64,000 nucleotides of DNA from Octopus bimaculoides (lineage: Eukaryota). Positions 49,981-62,787 of this stretch are shown in pieces. The position numbers and the translations under genes were made by a program. Numbering within the stretch: the stretch's first letter is position 1; the number at the start of each line of letters is the position of its first letter. The DNA is taken from contig NC_068996.1 in NCBI RefSeq assembly GCF_001194135.2, positions 7,263,680 to 7,327,679 of the forward strand, given 5' to 3'. Under the pieces are notes generated by a model. The model ran no database searches. It had not been told where the DNA came from and worked only from the letters and a program-made list of their open reading frames with translations.

Positions 49981-50581
49981 ATATCTGTTGTGTCTGTGTT
50001 TGTCTCCCACCACCACTTGACAACTGATGCTGGTATGTTTATGTGGCTGAAACTTATTCTTTTGGTCTCTTTTGCCAAACCACTAAGTACTAGTTCTGGG
50101 GTTTTTTGTTCCACTAAAACCCTTCAAGGCTGTGCCCCAGCATGGCTGCTGTCTAATGACTGAAACCTGTAAAAGTTAAAAGAATATAGAAATGTCACTA
50201 AACTCTAATAGATTTTAGTCTGATGCTCTTAGTGTTTCTGTCAACTCTCATAGATTAGAAAGTTGCCATGTGGTGTCCCAAGTTGTTAGAAGATTGCCGC
50301 CAGGTAAAATCAGGACATTCTGCAACTGTGATCACGCATTTTGACTACAACTTATATTTACTAATTTTACCTGTGAATGTTTTTGATCTTGGTTGAACAG
50401 TAAGATTTACCTTGATTTACATTGGATCAAAGAGGCACATTGGCAAAATGCTAAATAATAAAGGTAAATAACAATAACACTATATAGCAACAAAAGAACA
50501 ATCGGAAAAGACCGCGAAAATAGGGTAGGTTACAACCACAAGCAATATCAGAGTACCTTGACACACACAATTCTCTCTTAC

Positions 50582-50710
50582 CATGACACATCGAAGGGAA
50601 GTGCCTTCTTCAAATTCTTGGTACCAGCCTTTGGCTGGCCGTGTTGTTATGGAAGACACATTTAGAGCCATGCCAATCTCACCACTCTCATCTGCCTTTT
50701 GTAAAATGTA
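50582..50710 (-). CDS. Candidate internal exon YILQKADESGEIGMALNVSSITTRPAKGWYQEFEEGTSLRCVM
   Basis: Acceptor ctgctctccag|, donor ATG|gtaaga; 129 nt = 43 codons, phase 0-0, complex composition in otherwise low-complexity DNA. Confidence 0.75.
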
Positions 50711-51424
50711 CTGGAGAGCAGCACCCTTTCTTTCTCCCCCCCACTCCCTTTCTCTTATTCAAGTGATACTTGAAGAAGTTGTAGTGATACTACTACTGCT
50801 GCTACAACTACTAATAATAATAATAATAATGTATAAGTAGAATGTTTTTTGTTTTACTTAAGACAAAAATATCTTAATGAAACATATTTGAGAAATAGGA
50901 TTTCATATATATANNNNNNNNNNNNNNNNNNNNNNNNNNNNNNNNNNNNNNNNNNNNNNNNNNNNNNNNNNNNNNNNNNNNNNNNNNNNNNNNNNNNNNN
51001 NNNNNNNNNNNNNNNNNNNNNNNNNNNNNNNNNNNNNNNNNNNNNNNNNNNNNNNNNNNNNNNNNNNNNNNNNNNNNNNNNNNNNNNNNNNNNNNNNNNN
51101 NNNNNNNNNNNNNNNNNNNNNNNNNNNNNNNNNNNNNNNNNNNNNNNNNNNNNNNNNNNNNNNNNNNNNNNNNNNNNNNNNNNNNNNNNNNNNNNNNNNN
51201 NNNNNNNNNNNNNNNNNNNNNNNNNNNNNNNNNNNNNNNNNNNNNNNNNNNNNNNNNNNNNNNNNNNNNNNNNNNNNNNNNNNNNNNNNNNNNNNNNNNN
51301 NNNNNNNNNNNNNNNNNNNNNNNNNNNNNNNNNNNNNNNNNNNNNNNNNNNNNNNNNNNNNNNNNNNNNNNNNNNNNNNNNNNNNNNNNNNNNNNNNNNN
51401 NNNNNNNNNNNNNNNNNNNNNNNN

Positions 51425-51468
<44 letters not shown>

Positions 51469-51910
51469 ATGTATATAAGGACAGACTTGTTTATAATATG
51501 TGTACACACACTAAACAAGTCTACAGTTCCTTATCAATTCTTAATATTAAAACTATTCCAGAATTTAACACTTTTAAGGTCACGAATGACTTCCACAACA
51601 GTACTTTGTAATGGTTACTACCACTGCCAAAGCTACTACTACTAATTTCACCACTACCAGCATTAGCACCACCACTACAATTGCAGCAACTTCCTGTTAC
51701 TACTATGACTTTATGCTGAGCCAAGAAAGGTGCTTTATACATGGTTGCTCGGCTTGCTAGAAATAGCACCCAAATTTACTTTGTTTAATATATCCTTTCT
51801 TATTTTTTTTATGGTAAAGTGTATAATTCAAAGTAACTCCCTGCCCCATGCACACTCACTTGAATACCTGTGGTCATATGCTTTGCTAATCAGTGCTGAG
51901 CTGTGGTTAT

Positions 51911-52189
51911 GCCACTGAACTGGCTCCCATGCAGGTGGCATGTAAAAAAACACCTTTTTGAGCGTGGCCGTTGCCAGTACCGTGTGACTGGCCCTCGTGC
52001 CGGTGGCACGTAAAAGCACCCACTACACTCTCGGAGTGGTTGGCATTAGGAAGGGCATCCAGCTGTAGAAACTCTGCCAGATCAGATTGGAGCCCGGTGC
52101 AGCCATCCGGTTCACCAGTCCTCAGTCAAATCTTCCAACCCATGCTAGCATGGAAAGCAGACGTTAAACGACGGTGATGATGGTGATGA
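51911..52189 (+). mobile_element. SINE family C with RTE-like 3' tail (catgctagcatggaaagcggacgttaaacGATGATGAT)
   Basis: Other copies at 49781-49980 (+), 12379-12560 (-), 1-90 (-) and 55975-56190 (-). Confidence 0.8.
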
Positions 52190-52694
52190 AAAGCATGTAA
52201 CTACTCATCCTTATCATTTTTACCCTTTAGCATTCAGATTCTGTCAAATGCAATGATTATCTATTCACACTTTGTATTAATCATACATTATCTTGAAGCT
52301 TCAAAATTTCAATGATGTGATTGTTTATTTTTAGAATAACATTGTAGGATAAGTGTAAGAGACCAGATCTAGCCAGTTTGAATGTGAAACAGGCAAAATA
52401 TCTGGGCCAGTTATGATCAGATTAAATGCTAATGGGTTTAATGTCCACTTTTCATGCTTGCATGAGTTGGACAGTTTATTGAGGCAGCTTTTCTACAGCT
52501 GGATGCCCTTCATGTTGCCAACCTTCACCTGTTTCCTATCAAAGTACTTACTATTTTCCTATTACCAGGCATGATTTTGCTGAACATTGGAAGCAAACAA
52601 CACTGCTTGTATGACAGTATCATGTGATGTCAAGACAAGGCAGCATACACACACACACATGCATGCATATTTATATGTATCATGTGTCTATCTG

Positions 52695-52754
<60 letters not shown>

Positions 52755-53563
52755 TCTGAAATTGAACAACTAGATTGCGCTGTGTCATCTATGTGGTTAG
52801 TAAACCTGCTAGAAATAATAGCAAAATCTCCACCCAATCACATCATTTTGAAAGGAGGAGGTAATGTAGTCCAAAAAAAGATGGGCTGGTCATAGCTGGA
52901 ATTCCATTGACTATTATTTTACTTTATCAGAGCTTACCTGGAGTTAAACAACACTAAATGCAACTATTACACATGACTACTTAAGCAAGAAATTAACTGC
53001 ATTATAGGTGTTCAGTCTTCTAGAAATAACAGCCAAATTTTCCTCATTTTAAAAATAGATATTTTGGACAATGTAGCTTTGGGCACACAATAAAAAAAAT
53101 AATAATAATTTGATTGCTTATGATTGGAACAATTCAGATCCAAAAATCTGCTCTGTTGGAGCTGATCTGGGGTTAAACAAACAAAATCAACATAGTACTA
53201 CTACATTAACTTATTTTAACTGTAAACACTGTTTTTTTAGTAAGTTATCCCTTTCATACATCTGCTAACAACATTATGTAATTGCTATCATTATTGCTGT
53301 TACTTATATGTCTTGGCTGTGTGGTGAAGCAGTTTACTTTATAACTACAAGGTTTCTAGTTCAATAGCACGGTGCAAAATTTGGGGCAAATGTGAATTAA
53401 ATTTGGTAGATGGAAAATATGTGGAAATCTTTTAGCATGACTGTTCCTTATTGGTAGATTTAATCTGATACCTAGTTTAACACCACTGCTATCATCTGAC
53501 TCTTGGTATCTTTAGCAGAATACCTCTGTTGCTAGGTCTACAGACTGCAGATAATTAACTTAC

Positions 53564-53635
53564 TCTTTGCTATCAAACCAGTCTCACAAGCCATGGAAAA
53601 GTCATTGGTGCTGTCTATTTTCACTTGATTTACTC
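53564..53635 (-). CDS. Candidate internal exon (G)VNQVKIDSTNDFSMACETGLIAK
   Basis: Acceptor tttattttttttaag|, donor AGA|gtaagt; 72 nt with only the phase 1-1 frame open. Confidence 0.7.
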
Positions 53636-54481
53636 CTTAAAAAAAATAAATATTCTAAGTCTTGTTTTTAGATAGATTAATCCTTTCATAGTCAACACTT
53701 ATTTGTGGAAATCACCATACAGTGTGCTGTAGCCATCAAGGGCTAGTAACATTTTGCATTTGCAAGATAAGTCAATTTTGGTCTTTTTGGCCACACATAT
53801 CAAAACTCCATGTGTTTCAAAAGGGTTAAGCATTTTCCAGTCTGGAAATTGAACCCATGATTTTACGATTGTGTGAGACAGTTTAAACACTAGGTAGACC
53901 ACTCACCTTCACACCTGTAGTAAATTATCTAATAACTATTCAACATCAATTACTAAATGCTATTATTAATGGTTTAATAAAGGTGGTGAGTTAGCAGAAT
54001 CAGTAGCACACCAGGCAAAATGCTTAGCAGTATTTTGTCTGTCTTTATGTTCTGAGTTCAAATCCTGCCAGGGTCAGCTTTGCTTTCAGGGATGATACAA
54101 TAAGTACCAGTTGAACACTGGAGTTGAGGTAATTAACTTACCCCATCCACTGAAACTGCTGGCCTTGTGTCAAAATTTGAAACCATTTTTGACTGCACAT
54201 ATCAAAACCCCATATGTCTCAAAAGGGTTAAGCATAATCCAGTCTGGAAATTGAACCCATGACTTTACAATTGTGTGAGTCAGTTTAAACACCAGGTAGA
54301 CCACTCATCTTCATATCTGAATTTAAACTGGCCATGTCTGACCAGATATTTTACCTGTTTTATATTCACACTGGCCTGATCCAGCATCTCACACCTACCT
54401 CGCAATCTCATTTTAGAAATAAAGTCATATTTTCTAAATCTCTAAGCTACAAGATAATTTATAATTAATCTTAAAAAATCT

Positions 54482-54838
54482 GAGTGGCTGTGTGGTAAGT
54501 AGCTTGCTTACCAACCACATGGTTCCAGGTTCAATCCCACTGCATGGCACCTTGGGCAATTGTCTTCTACTAGAGCCTTGGGCTGACCAAAGCCTTGTGA
54601 GTAGATTTGGTAAATGGACACTGAAAGAAGCCCATCATGTGTGTGTGTGTGTGTGTGTTTATCCCCCCAACATCGCTTGACGACCGATGCTGGTGTGTTT
54701 ACATCCCTGTAACTTAGCAGTTCGGCAAAAGAGACCGATAGACTAAGTACTAAGCTTACAAACAATAAGTCCTGTGGTTGATTTGCTCGACTAAGGGCGG
54801 TGCTCCAGCATGGCCACAGTCAAATGACTGAAACAAGT
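54482..54838 (+). mobile_element. SINE family B
   Basis: Aligns by eye with 19345-19761. Confidence 0.85.
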
Positions 54839-54981
54839 TATTCTTTTATTCTTTTCAGAGTAATATGAATACTTAAAGGGTTAATACTTTTAGTAGGTGC
54901 TTGTAATTTATAACTTGTAATTCGTTGATGGTGGGTGAGAGGGCAGTGTAGGTGCATGGTATTCATAATCCTTTGTAGGAC

Positions 54982-55027
54982 CCCTGATGGTTGAGATTGA
55001 TTTCCAGTTTGAACATTTTATTGCCAT
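54982..55027 (-). CDS. Candidate internal exon MAIKCSNWKSISTIR(G)
   Basis: Very strong acceptor tttttttttcttttaattgcag|, weak donor AGG|gtccta; phase 0 to 1 fits both neighbours. Confidence 0.4.
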
Positions 55028-55639
55028 CTGCAATTAAAAGAAAAAAAAACAATGAAAGGGTTAAATTTTATTAATTATGAAATTACAATTTTAATTCTTA
55101 ACACAGGTTTAAAAGAAATGAAAAATTGCTTTAGTTCATGATTAAACTTTAGGCTGTACAAAGGTCTTTAAAAATATTTGTTCTATTTTATATTGAAAAA
55201 TCTAAATTCGTTAAACTGTTTTGAAAATAAATCATTTAAGAGATTTCAATTTTTGAAATCTTTTCAATTCTTAAATTATTTATATTCAAGTGTCTGCTAA
55301 ACAATTTATGTTCAACAATTTATGTACAAAAATTTGAATTTGGTAAACAATTTATATGCAACAATGTTAATTTGATAAACAATTTGTGTGCAAAAGAAAA
55401 ATTAAAAAAAACTAAGCTGAATCAACTAAAACAAATAAGTTTTGGGTGGAATGAAATGAAAAGAAAAAAAAATGAATTAAAAATATATATTTAAAGAAAA
55501 ATGTATTGTTTAACTCATGTCTGAATCATAACAAATATTTTGAATTACTCTGCATGCGTGTGTGTGTATATATGTCCAACCACACACATACATAAACAGC
55601 CACAACTACACACACACACACATACCTCCTTCTCTTGCA

Positions 55640-55904
55640 CTCTCCTGTCTTTGAAAAGAATTTTTTCTCCACCCTTTCCCTTCCAGTCATTCCAATATGT
55701 GATTGCGTGTGCATCGTTGGTGATTTTCTTTCTCTGTCTTCCCTTCTTTGGACTTGTCCTATATTTCTGATGAAGAGTTCCGCTCGAAATGTGAAATCGT
55801 CTTTCTTTTCTTTCCTTTCCTGAGTGTCCAATAACAATGTACTTATTCCATGTCCTCGCGTTGTTGTTTTTTCGTTCTTTTTCTTGCTTGTTCATGTTTG
55901 AATT

Positions 55905-55908
<4 letters not shown>
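55640..55908 (+). mobile_element. PLE-type terminal repeat remnant with decayed HHR
   Basis: ATTT-CTGATGA-a-GAGT tcc GCTC-GAAA-TGTG-AAAT at 55763-55797; ends in (TA)n. Confidence 0.5.
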
Positions 55909-55949
<41 letters not shown>

Positions 55950-57145
55950 ATGTATGTGTGCTGTGTATGTATATATCATCATCATCATTTAACATCTGTT
56001 TTCCATGCAGGCATGGGTTTGATGGTTTTACAAAAATTGGTCAGCTGGAGATCTATTCAGGCTCCATTATCTGTCCGAGAATAGTTTCTACAGCTGGATG
56101 CCCTTCCTAATACCAACCACTTTACAGTGTACTGGGTGCCCTTTTTATGTTGTGCTGGCACAAGTATTTTTTACATGCCACCAGCACAAGTGGGAGATTA
56201 ATATTGCACAAGGTCTTCTGGCATGCTACACTTTGTAACTTGCCTGCAAACCCTGTGCATCCATAGCTGAAACTCAGAGTAGCAAGAGACTAACTTGACC
56301 AAAATATTATATACATGTCATTACAATCAGTTGTCATAATCATGATTGTTGTTATTTATATTACTGTATAAATTGAGGACAATTGGGTTGCTAATTTTAG
56401 CTGTCATGTCACTATACACATACTTCAGAATAGCCTCAATATATTGCTGTTAGAAATGTTATTGTTACTGTTTTTTAAAATTGGATGGAGTATTGCAATA
56501 TTGAAATTTTGTTACATTATATAAGTTTTGGTAAATCTTCTGTTTAATAATATGACAGGGTCACTTTATTGTAGTGTAATCTCTTGGAGTTGTAGAGTTA
56601 TACAGTGTCTAGAATGCTACTGTGATGTGATATAATATCTGAAGTAATAATGTAATGTATAATTTAGCATAGTGGCTGAGAGGTGATAATGAAAGCATTG
56701 TTTGTAATGGTAACATAATGTAATATCTAAGGTGGTAATGCATTGTAGCATAATGCTGTGTCTGGAGCAGTACCATTATTTTTGTGCTATAATAGATTAA
56801 TATTTATATGGCTAGACAGTATGTTCTGCTTTCTCAATATTTCATAGAAAGCTAAAGTAGCAAGCTGGCAGAATCATTAGCACACCAAGTAAAATGCTTG
56901 TCTTTATGTTCTAAGTTCGAATGCCACTAAGGCTGACCTTTGCCTTTCATATTTTTGGGGTGAGTAAAATAAGTACCAGTTAAGCACTGGGGTTGATATA
57001 ATTAACTTGCCTCCTCTCTTGAAATTACTGACCTTATGCCAAAATTTGAAATCAATATTTCATTAAAAACTCTTTACTTTCTTTTTATGCTTGTTTGCAG
57101 CTTCTACTTATCACTATACAGAGTAAGGCACTTTACAAATAGTTG

Positions 57146-57201
<56 letters not shown>

Positions 57202-57267
57202 TTATATATNNNNNNNNNNNNNNNNNNNNNNNNNNNNNNNNNNNNNNNNNNNNNNNNNNNNNNNNNN

Positions 57268-57448
57268 ATATATATGCCATGATAAATCGCTAACCACTAC
57301 ACACATTTTTTTTCTCTCCTTGTTTCTTTCTGTGGAAGAGCATAGGCTCGAAACGTTAAAGACATTTCAATTCCCAAGCGTTATACTAATACATCTGTTT
57401 GTTTTCTACACCATCTGTCATCTGTTGTTTTTTTGTGAATTCTCCCTA

Positions 57449-57460
<12 letters not shown>
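57268..57460 (+). mobile_element. PLE-type terminal repeat remnant with HHR-like motif (atypical core CTGTGGA)
   Basis: TCTTT-CTGTGGA-a-GAGC atag GCTC-GAAACGTT-AAAGA at 57325-57362; (TA)n flanks; same family as 8680-8845. Confidence 0.55.
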
Positions 57461-57481
<21 letters not shown>

Positions 57482-57767
57482 ATGTGTGTGTATGTGTGCA
57501 TTTATATTACTGTACCAACCAGACTATTCAGCATTGCTATACACTGGTCACTATGCGCTTCCTTGCTTTTCAATGATGCCATCTCACTGGCTAAGAGGGC
57601 AGGCCAACATTAATCCTGAATGGAACACCAGTTTGTCACAGGATTACCCATTTACAGCTGAAAGGACAGGAGCACCATGAAATGAAGTGTTTTGCTCAAG
57701 AATACAAGACACAGTCAATTGAAAGCACACTCTTACAATTGTCAATGCAACACCCTAATGACTAGAC

Positions 57768-57871
57768 CAGTGGTTTCCAACCTGGGATCCACACACCCCT
57801 GGTAGTTTGCAAAGGTAGTACTGGGGCGGGGGGGTCTGTGAACTAAATTCAAAATTTTGTGTGTATGTATA

Positions 57872-57908
<37 letters not shown>

Positions 57909-57978
57909 GCACACACACAGATAAGCATATTAAAAGAAGTCTGGGGAAATTCATTTAAATAAGAGTTGGGGACCACTG
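57768..57978. mobile_element. hAT (Charlie-like) MITE
   Basis: TIRs CAGTGGTTTCCAAC and GTTGGGGACCACTG; 8-bp flanks GACTAGAC and GTCTATAC, fitting an NTCTAGAN target. Confidence 0.7.
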
Positions 57979-59059
57979 GTCTATACCATGCACATTAACA
58001 CACACACACATGCACACATAAACATGCAAAAAATATGCTTACAGTTATTTTAGTTCATGTAAATGAAATATTTAATGACAATGACTAAATGATTAGTTAA
58101 TGCTAAAAATTAAATAAATTGGAAGAATGGATCTCAAATGTAACTTAGGAAGAAACTATTTATGGCAAGGTATCTCATAAGACATCTAAAAGTCTCCGTA
58201 ACAATTCACCTTGTGAGTCACTGTTAAACAAACAATGGTAGTTACTTATTTAGCCACATCAGATGTAACAGTTGAGAGAAAATAGTGAAGCAGTCATTTT
58301 ATACATCAAAACAAAGTAATTATATATAGAAAGATAGTTGAAATACATCTAGGTTTCTTTATTGGAGGAATTAAGTTGGAACATGTTTGGTTTGGGATTC
58401 AGGCTCAGTATGGCACCTTGGGCTAGTGTCTTCTACTATAGGCACCAACATGTCTGTATGTTTAACCCTTCACAGCATACTCTGTCAAACCATAATGCTT
58501 ATTTATTCATATTCACAGCTTTGAGATTTCAATGTGTGACTGTTTATTTTCAAATGACATTGCAAGAAGCCAGATCTGGCAAGCTTGAACATAAAACAAG
58601 TAAATTATTTTGGCTGATTTTATGGCCAGTTTAAATGCTAAAAAGTTAAGAAATTGACTTCCCAACTATGTGGTTTTGGGTTCAGTCCCTCTGCAAGGCA
58701 GCTTGAACTTGTATCTTTTGTCTCAGGCCAGCCAAAGCCTTGTTGGTGTATTTGGTAGATGGAAACTGGAAGAATCTTGTCATATATGTAAGTGTTTGTG
58801 TCTCCTTATTTTGACATCATATTATTATGAAACAAGTGTCATCCCCATCCTGTATTTTTCATTTCCACTCCTCTGCAAAAACATTACCTAGTCATGGGGA
58901 AAATATTATTTTACTTGGAAACAGGTGAGGGTTAGCAACAGGAAGGACATATAGTCACAGAAAATCTGCCTCAATGAATTCTGTGTGACCCATGCTAGCA
59001 GAGAAAATCAGATTTTAAAATTATGACAATGATGATGATCCTTGGTAGTGCAGTTTTAT

Positions 59060-59287
59060 TTAACCCTTTAGCATTTTAACCAGTTATATATCTGCCCCAA
59101 ATTTTCTGCCTGTTTTATGTTCAAATTGGCCATATCTGGTCTCTCACCGATACCTAACAATGTCATTCGAAACATAAGCAATCACATCATCGAAATCTCA
59201 AAGCTACAAGATAATGCATGCTTAATTCAAAACAATGAATAAATAAGCATTACTTTTGATGGAATGATGTGAATGCTAAAGAGATAA
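59060..59287. mobile_element. piggyBac-like MITE family F (TTAA-CCCTTTAGCATT termini)
   Basis: Terminal inverted TTAACCCTTTAGCATT...AATGCTAAAG(G)G; copies at 8221-8403, 28659-28866, 47938-48150, 52219-52442 and 58462-58649. Confidence 0.7.
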
Positions 59288-59639
59288 GCATGGTTTTGAG
59301 AGTGCATTGTGACACAACAGGTAGCTGGTGTGTAGTATGCCTCTCTGTGAATAAAAAAAACATAGATATATGCAACAGAAAAAGAAAGCAAGTGTAAATG
59401 TGTGTGTATGTGTGTATCTTATGTTTGTATAGACCAGGTGTATATGATTAACAACTGTAGAATTTTTTTTTTTTTTAACTGAGAAATGGAAAAGAAAAAA
59501 AAAATCATTAAAATTTCCTTAAGTAATTTAATATTCTGTTAATTTTGACCTTGTGTAGTGAATGTGTAATGTAATATTGTGGTTTGTGTGCGTGTGTGTG
59601 TGTAAGCAGGTTGTTCATCTGTGATTATTTCTCTTTGGG

Positions 59640-59948
59640 AATAGGGCATCTGTAGTCTTTCAACTATGGAGATGGGGATAGAGTGAAAGAGAAAAATTAA
59701 AGGGAGAAAGAGTGGGGGTAGGATATTCAGAAAGAATGGAGAAAGAGATGTTGAAATGGAGTGAGAGAGAGGGAAGTTGGAGTTAGAAAAGAACTGCAAA
59801 ATGACGAAGTGAAATAGAGAGAAAGGATGAAAGGAAATATTGCAGAAAGGAAGGAAAAGGTGAGGAAGGAAAAGTAATGGTGGTAGGCAAGTGAGAAGGA
59901 TTAAGAAAAGCGGAAAGAGTGAGAGATAAGTGACACACACACACACAC

Positions 59949-59982
<34 letters not shown>

Positions 59983-60114
59983 NNNNNNNNNNNNNNNNNN
60001 NNNNNNNNNNNNNNNNNNNNNNNNNNNNNNNNNNNNNNNNNNNNNNNNNNNNNNNNNNNNNNNNNNNNNNNNNNNNNNNNNNNNNNNNNNNNNNNNNNNN
60101 NNNNNNNNNNNNNN

Positions 60115-60148
<34 letters not shown>

Positions 60149-60540
60149 TAAAAGAAATGGTAAAGAGAAAGAATGGTTAAAAAGAATGAGAACAGGTAAA
60201 AGTGAGAGAGTGAGTTTAAGAAGAAAAAATGGTAGAAATAGACAGAGCAACATAAAGAAATGTAGAGGATTAAATGGAGAGAGAGTGAGAGAGTGTGTGT
60301 GAGGGATGGTAAAGAGGTGGATGGAAATGGAATAAGAGATGTTGTGAAGAGCTGGGTGGGAGTTAGAAATAAAAAGGGGTGGGAGTAGAATGTAAAATAA
60401 TGAGAAAGTAAGAATGAGAGACAGGAGTAGCAAGAGAAAGAAGAAAAAGATGAAAAGGAACAGGTAAGAGACGTGAAAATATGGAGGAGTAAGAGAAGAA
60501 TGGAGTGAGAGATAGTGTGAAAGACCAAATGAACAAGGAG
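59640..60540. repeat. Purine-rich low-complexity tract interrupted by (CA)/(TA) and a gap
   Basis: Almost exclusively G/A on the plus strand. Confidence 0.85.
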
Positions 60541-60565
60541 AAAGTCAGATAGTTCTTTAAATTAC

Positions 60566-60627
60566 CTGATCAAACTGGACAATATGCTGCAACTCGTCAA
60601 AATTTAAGGAAGTGTCTACTGACAAAT
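60566..60627 (-). CDS. Candidate internal exon (x)LSVDTSLNFDELQHIVQFDQ
   Basis: Acceptor aatttcatag|, donor CAG|gtaatt; 62 nt, phase 1 to 0, no stop. Confidence 0.65.
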
Positions 60628-60651
60628 CTATGAAATTATTGCATGCAAGAG

Positions 60652-60719
<68 letters not shown>

Positions 60720-61246
60720 ACTATTTCTCACTAACAATATCTACTTTGTATTCAATGATGGAGTNNNNNNNNNNAGTCTTTGTATGGTCAGTTGATTAGA
60801 AATAAGACAAATCTCCCTCAAATCACATATTCTATGATTTTTTTTTTTTTTTTTGATAAAGAAAACGGTGGAGGTAAGATGTGTTATATAATGTGGTCCT
60901 TGACACAGTCACTATTCCCGAAAACAAGGTGGGCTGATCATGCACTGTTAGGGCCAGCTGGGCCTAAACAACAACTTCAGTCAACAGTTTCGAACTCAAA
61001 TACAGGGCCTAACTGCACTTTAATAACAAAATTAAATTGATAGATATGCTTAAAAAAAAGTTCAAATATACTACCTTCAATACAACTGTTAATAAGTTAT
61101 GACAATGAAGATGTTGAGCTCTCAATCATAAGGTCTTAGATTCAATTCTTGAACTAGCTACTGCATTGTGTTCTTGAGCAAGATACTACTTTTCACCTTT
61201 CTCTTATCTATTCAGCTGAAAAAAGGACTTGTAGACTGGTGCTGGT

Positions 61247-61304
<58 letters not shown>

Positions 61305-61429
61305 CTCTCTCCCACATTCTTAGGGTTCTGTTAGGTCAAAGGAGAGGGCTGAAAGTATGTATGCATGTGATGACATAAACACCTTTGTAAAAACATGGTA
61401 CAAGGTATCAGATCATACTCTCTTGTGAG

Positions 61430-61690
61430 TGACTGCTAAGTTTTTCCCAACTGCATTCCCACATTATGAAATACCAACAGAAAAGTGTTATAAGTATACA
61501 ACCAAAAACTGTCTTAAATAAGGACAAAAACTATATTCTGGGGATATACAATGCACAGAAACAGAGGGATCAAGGCTAATCTGTCACATATTGTTGTCAG
61601 AGATTACCAGGAAAGGAGGTACCTTCTAACTGAAGTATCACTTCTCATAGACAACACCATATGTCTCAAAGAACTGGAGAAATTATAACC
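61430..61690 (+). mobile_element. R4/Dong-like retrotransposon restriction-like endonuclease remnant
   Basis: Translates ...KTIFWGYTMHRNRGIKANLSHIVVRDYQERRYLLTEVSLLIDNTICLKELEKL*, a decayed form of ILWD..IxTD..IxANRPDIVV..K...LID. Confidence 0.6.
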
Positions 61691-62742
61691 GTTCTTTCTA
61701 CTATTGGCACAAGATCTGAAATTTTGTAGGAAGGGGAATAGTCAATTACATTAACCAGTTCTCAATTGGTAATTGATTTTGTCAACCCTGAAAGAATGAA
61801 AGGCAAAGTTGACTTCAGTGGAATTTGAACTCATTGTGTAAAGATGAACAAAATGGTTAACATGTTGTCCAGCATGCTAACAATTCTCCCAGCTTACCTC
61901 CTTAACAATGATAATAATAATCCTTTCTACAATAGGCACAAGGCCTCCTACTATGAAGTTTGGGGGTGGGGTAATTGTTTAAAATGATGTCAGTATTCAC
62001 TGGTATTTTATCAAACCCAGAGTAAAATCACATAAGTCCATTTATTGTATGAGACAAAGAGCAGTCAGTTTAACAGTACACCAGAATATTACTGGTACTT
62101 ATTTCATTCAAATAAGAATTCTAAATGAAATTTTGTTCTTCAAACATTAATTTGACATCTCTTTGCTTCAAAATTTTTATTTTCCTCAATTTTTTGTACT
62201 TTAATTAGTTATAATTAATACATTTGTTTAATGATCTGAAGTAGCAGCAGTAGTAGTAGTGGTGGTAGTAGTAGTTGTAGTAGTAATGGTGTATTTAGTT
62301 AATTGTTATTGTGTGTTTTATAGTTTGTAACTTAGTTAATTAGTCACATAGTTGTAGAGCAATGCAGTTCTTAATTAAACATATGATAGTGTGTGAATAT
62401 ATGTGTATATATGCATTCATAGATATATGAATGTATACATCGAAATACTTATATGGATACACATAGACTCACACATATACATGTGTGTGTGTTTGTGTAG
62501 ATATATTTATATATGTTTATGTGTCTATGTATGTGTATATGTTTGTATGTGTATATGTATGTGTGTGTATATATACATATACACACACACATACATAATT
62601 AGTTACATAATTAGCATTATTGTTATTTATAATTGTTAATTATTTAATAGTCTATATAAATAGTTAATTATATTTCAACAATGCTGTACTTTTTGTTGGT
62701 ACTTTTGTTGTGCTGCTGCTACTGCTACCACTGCTACCACTG

Positions 62743-62787
<45 letters not shown>

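Noticed and set aside
53255-53265. 2-nt microexon (cag|AT|gtatga) to repair the phase between the 53564 and 50710 exons
   Set aside because: It was chosen only because it fits the phase; a missing exon could equally lie in the 50914-51424 gap.
50582-53635. Naming the host gene as an ankyrin-repeat or cyclic-nucleotide-binding protein
   Set aside because: The resemblance covers only a few residues and the spacing does not match, so no gene symbol is assigned.
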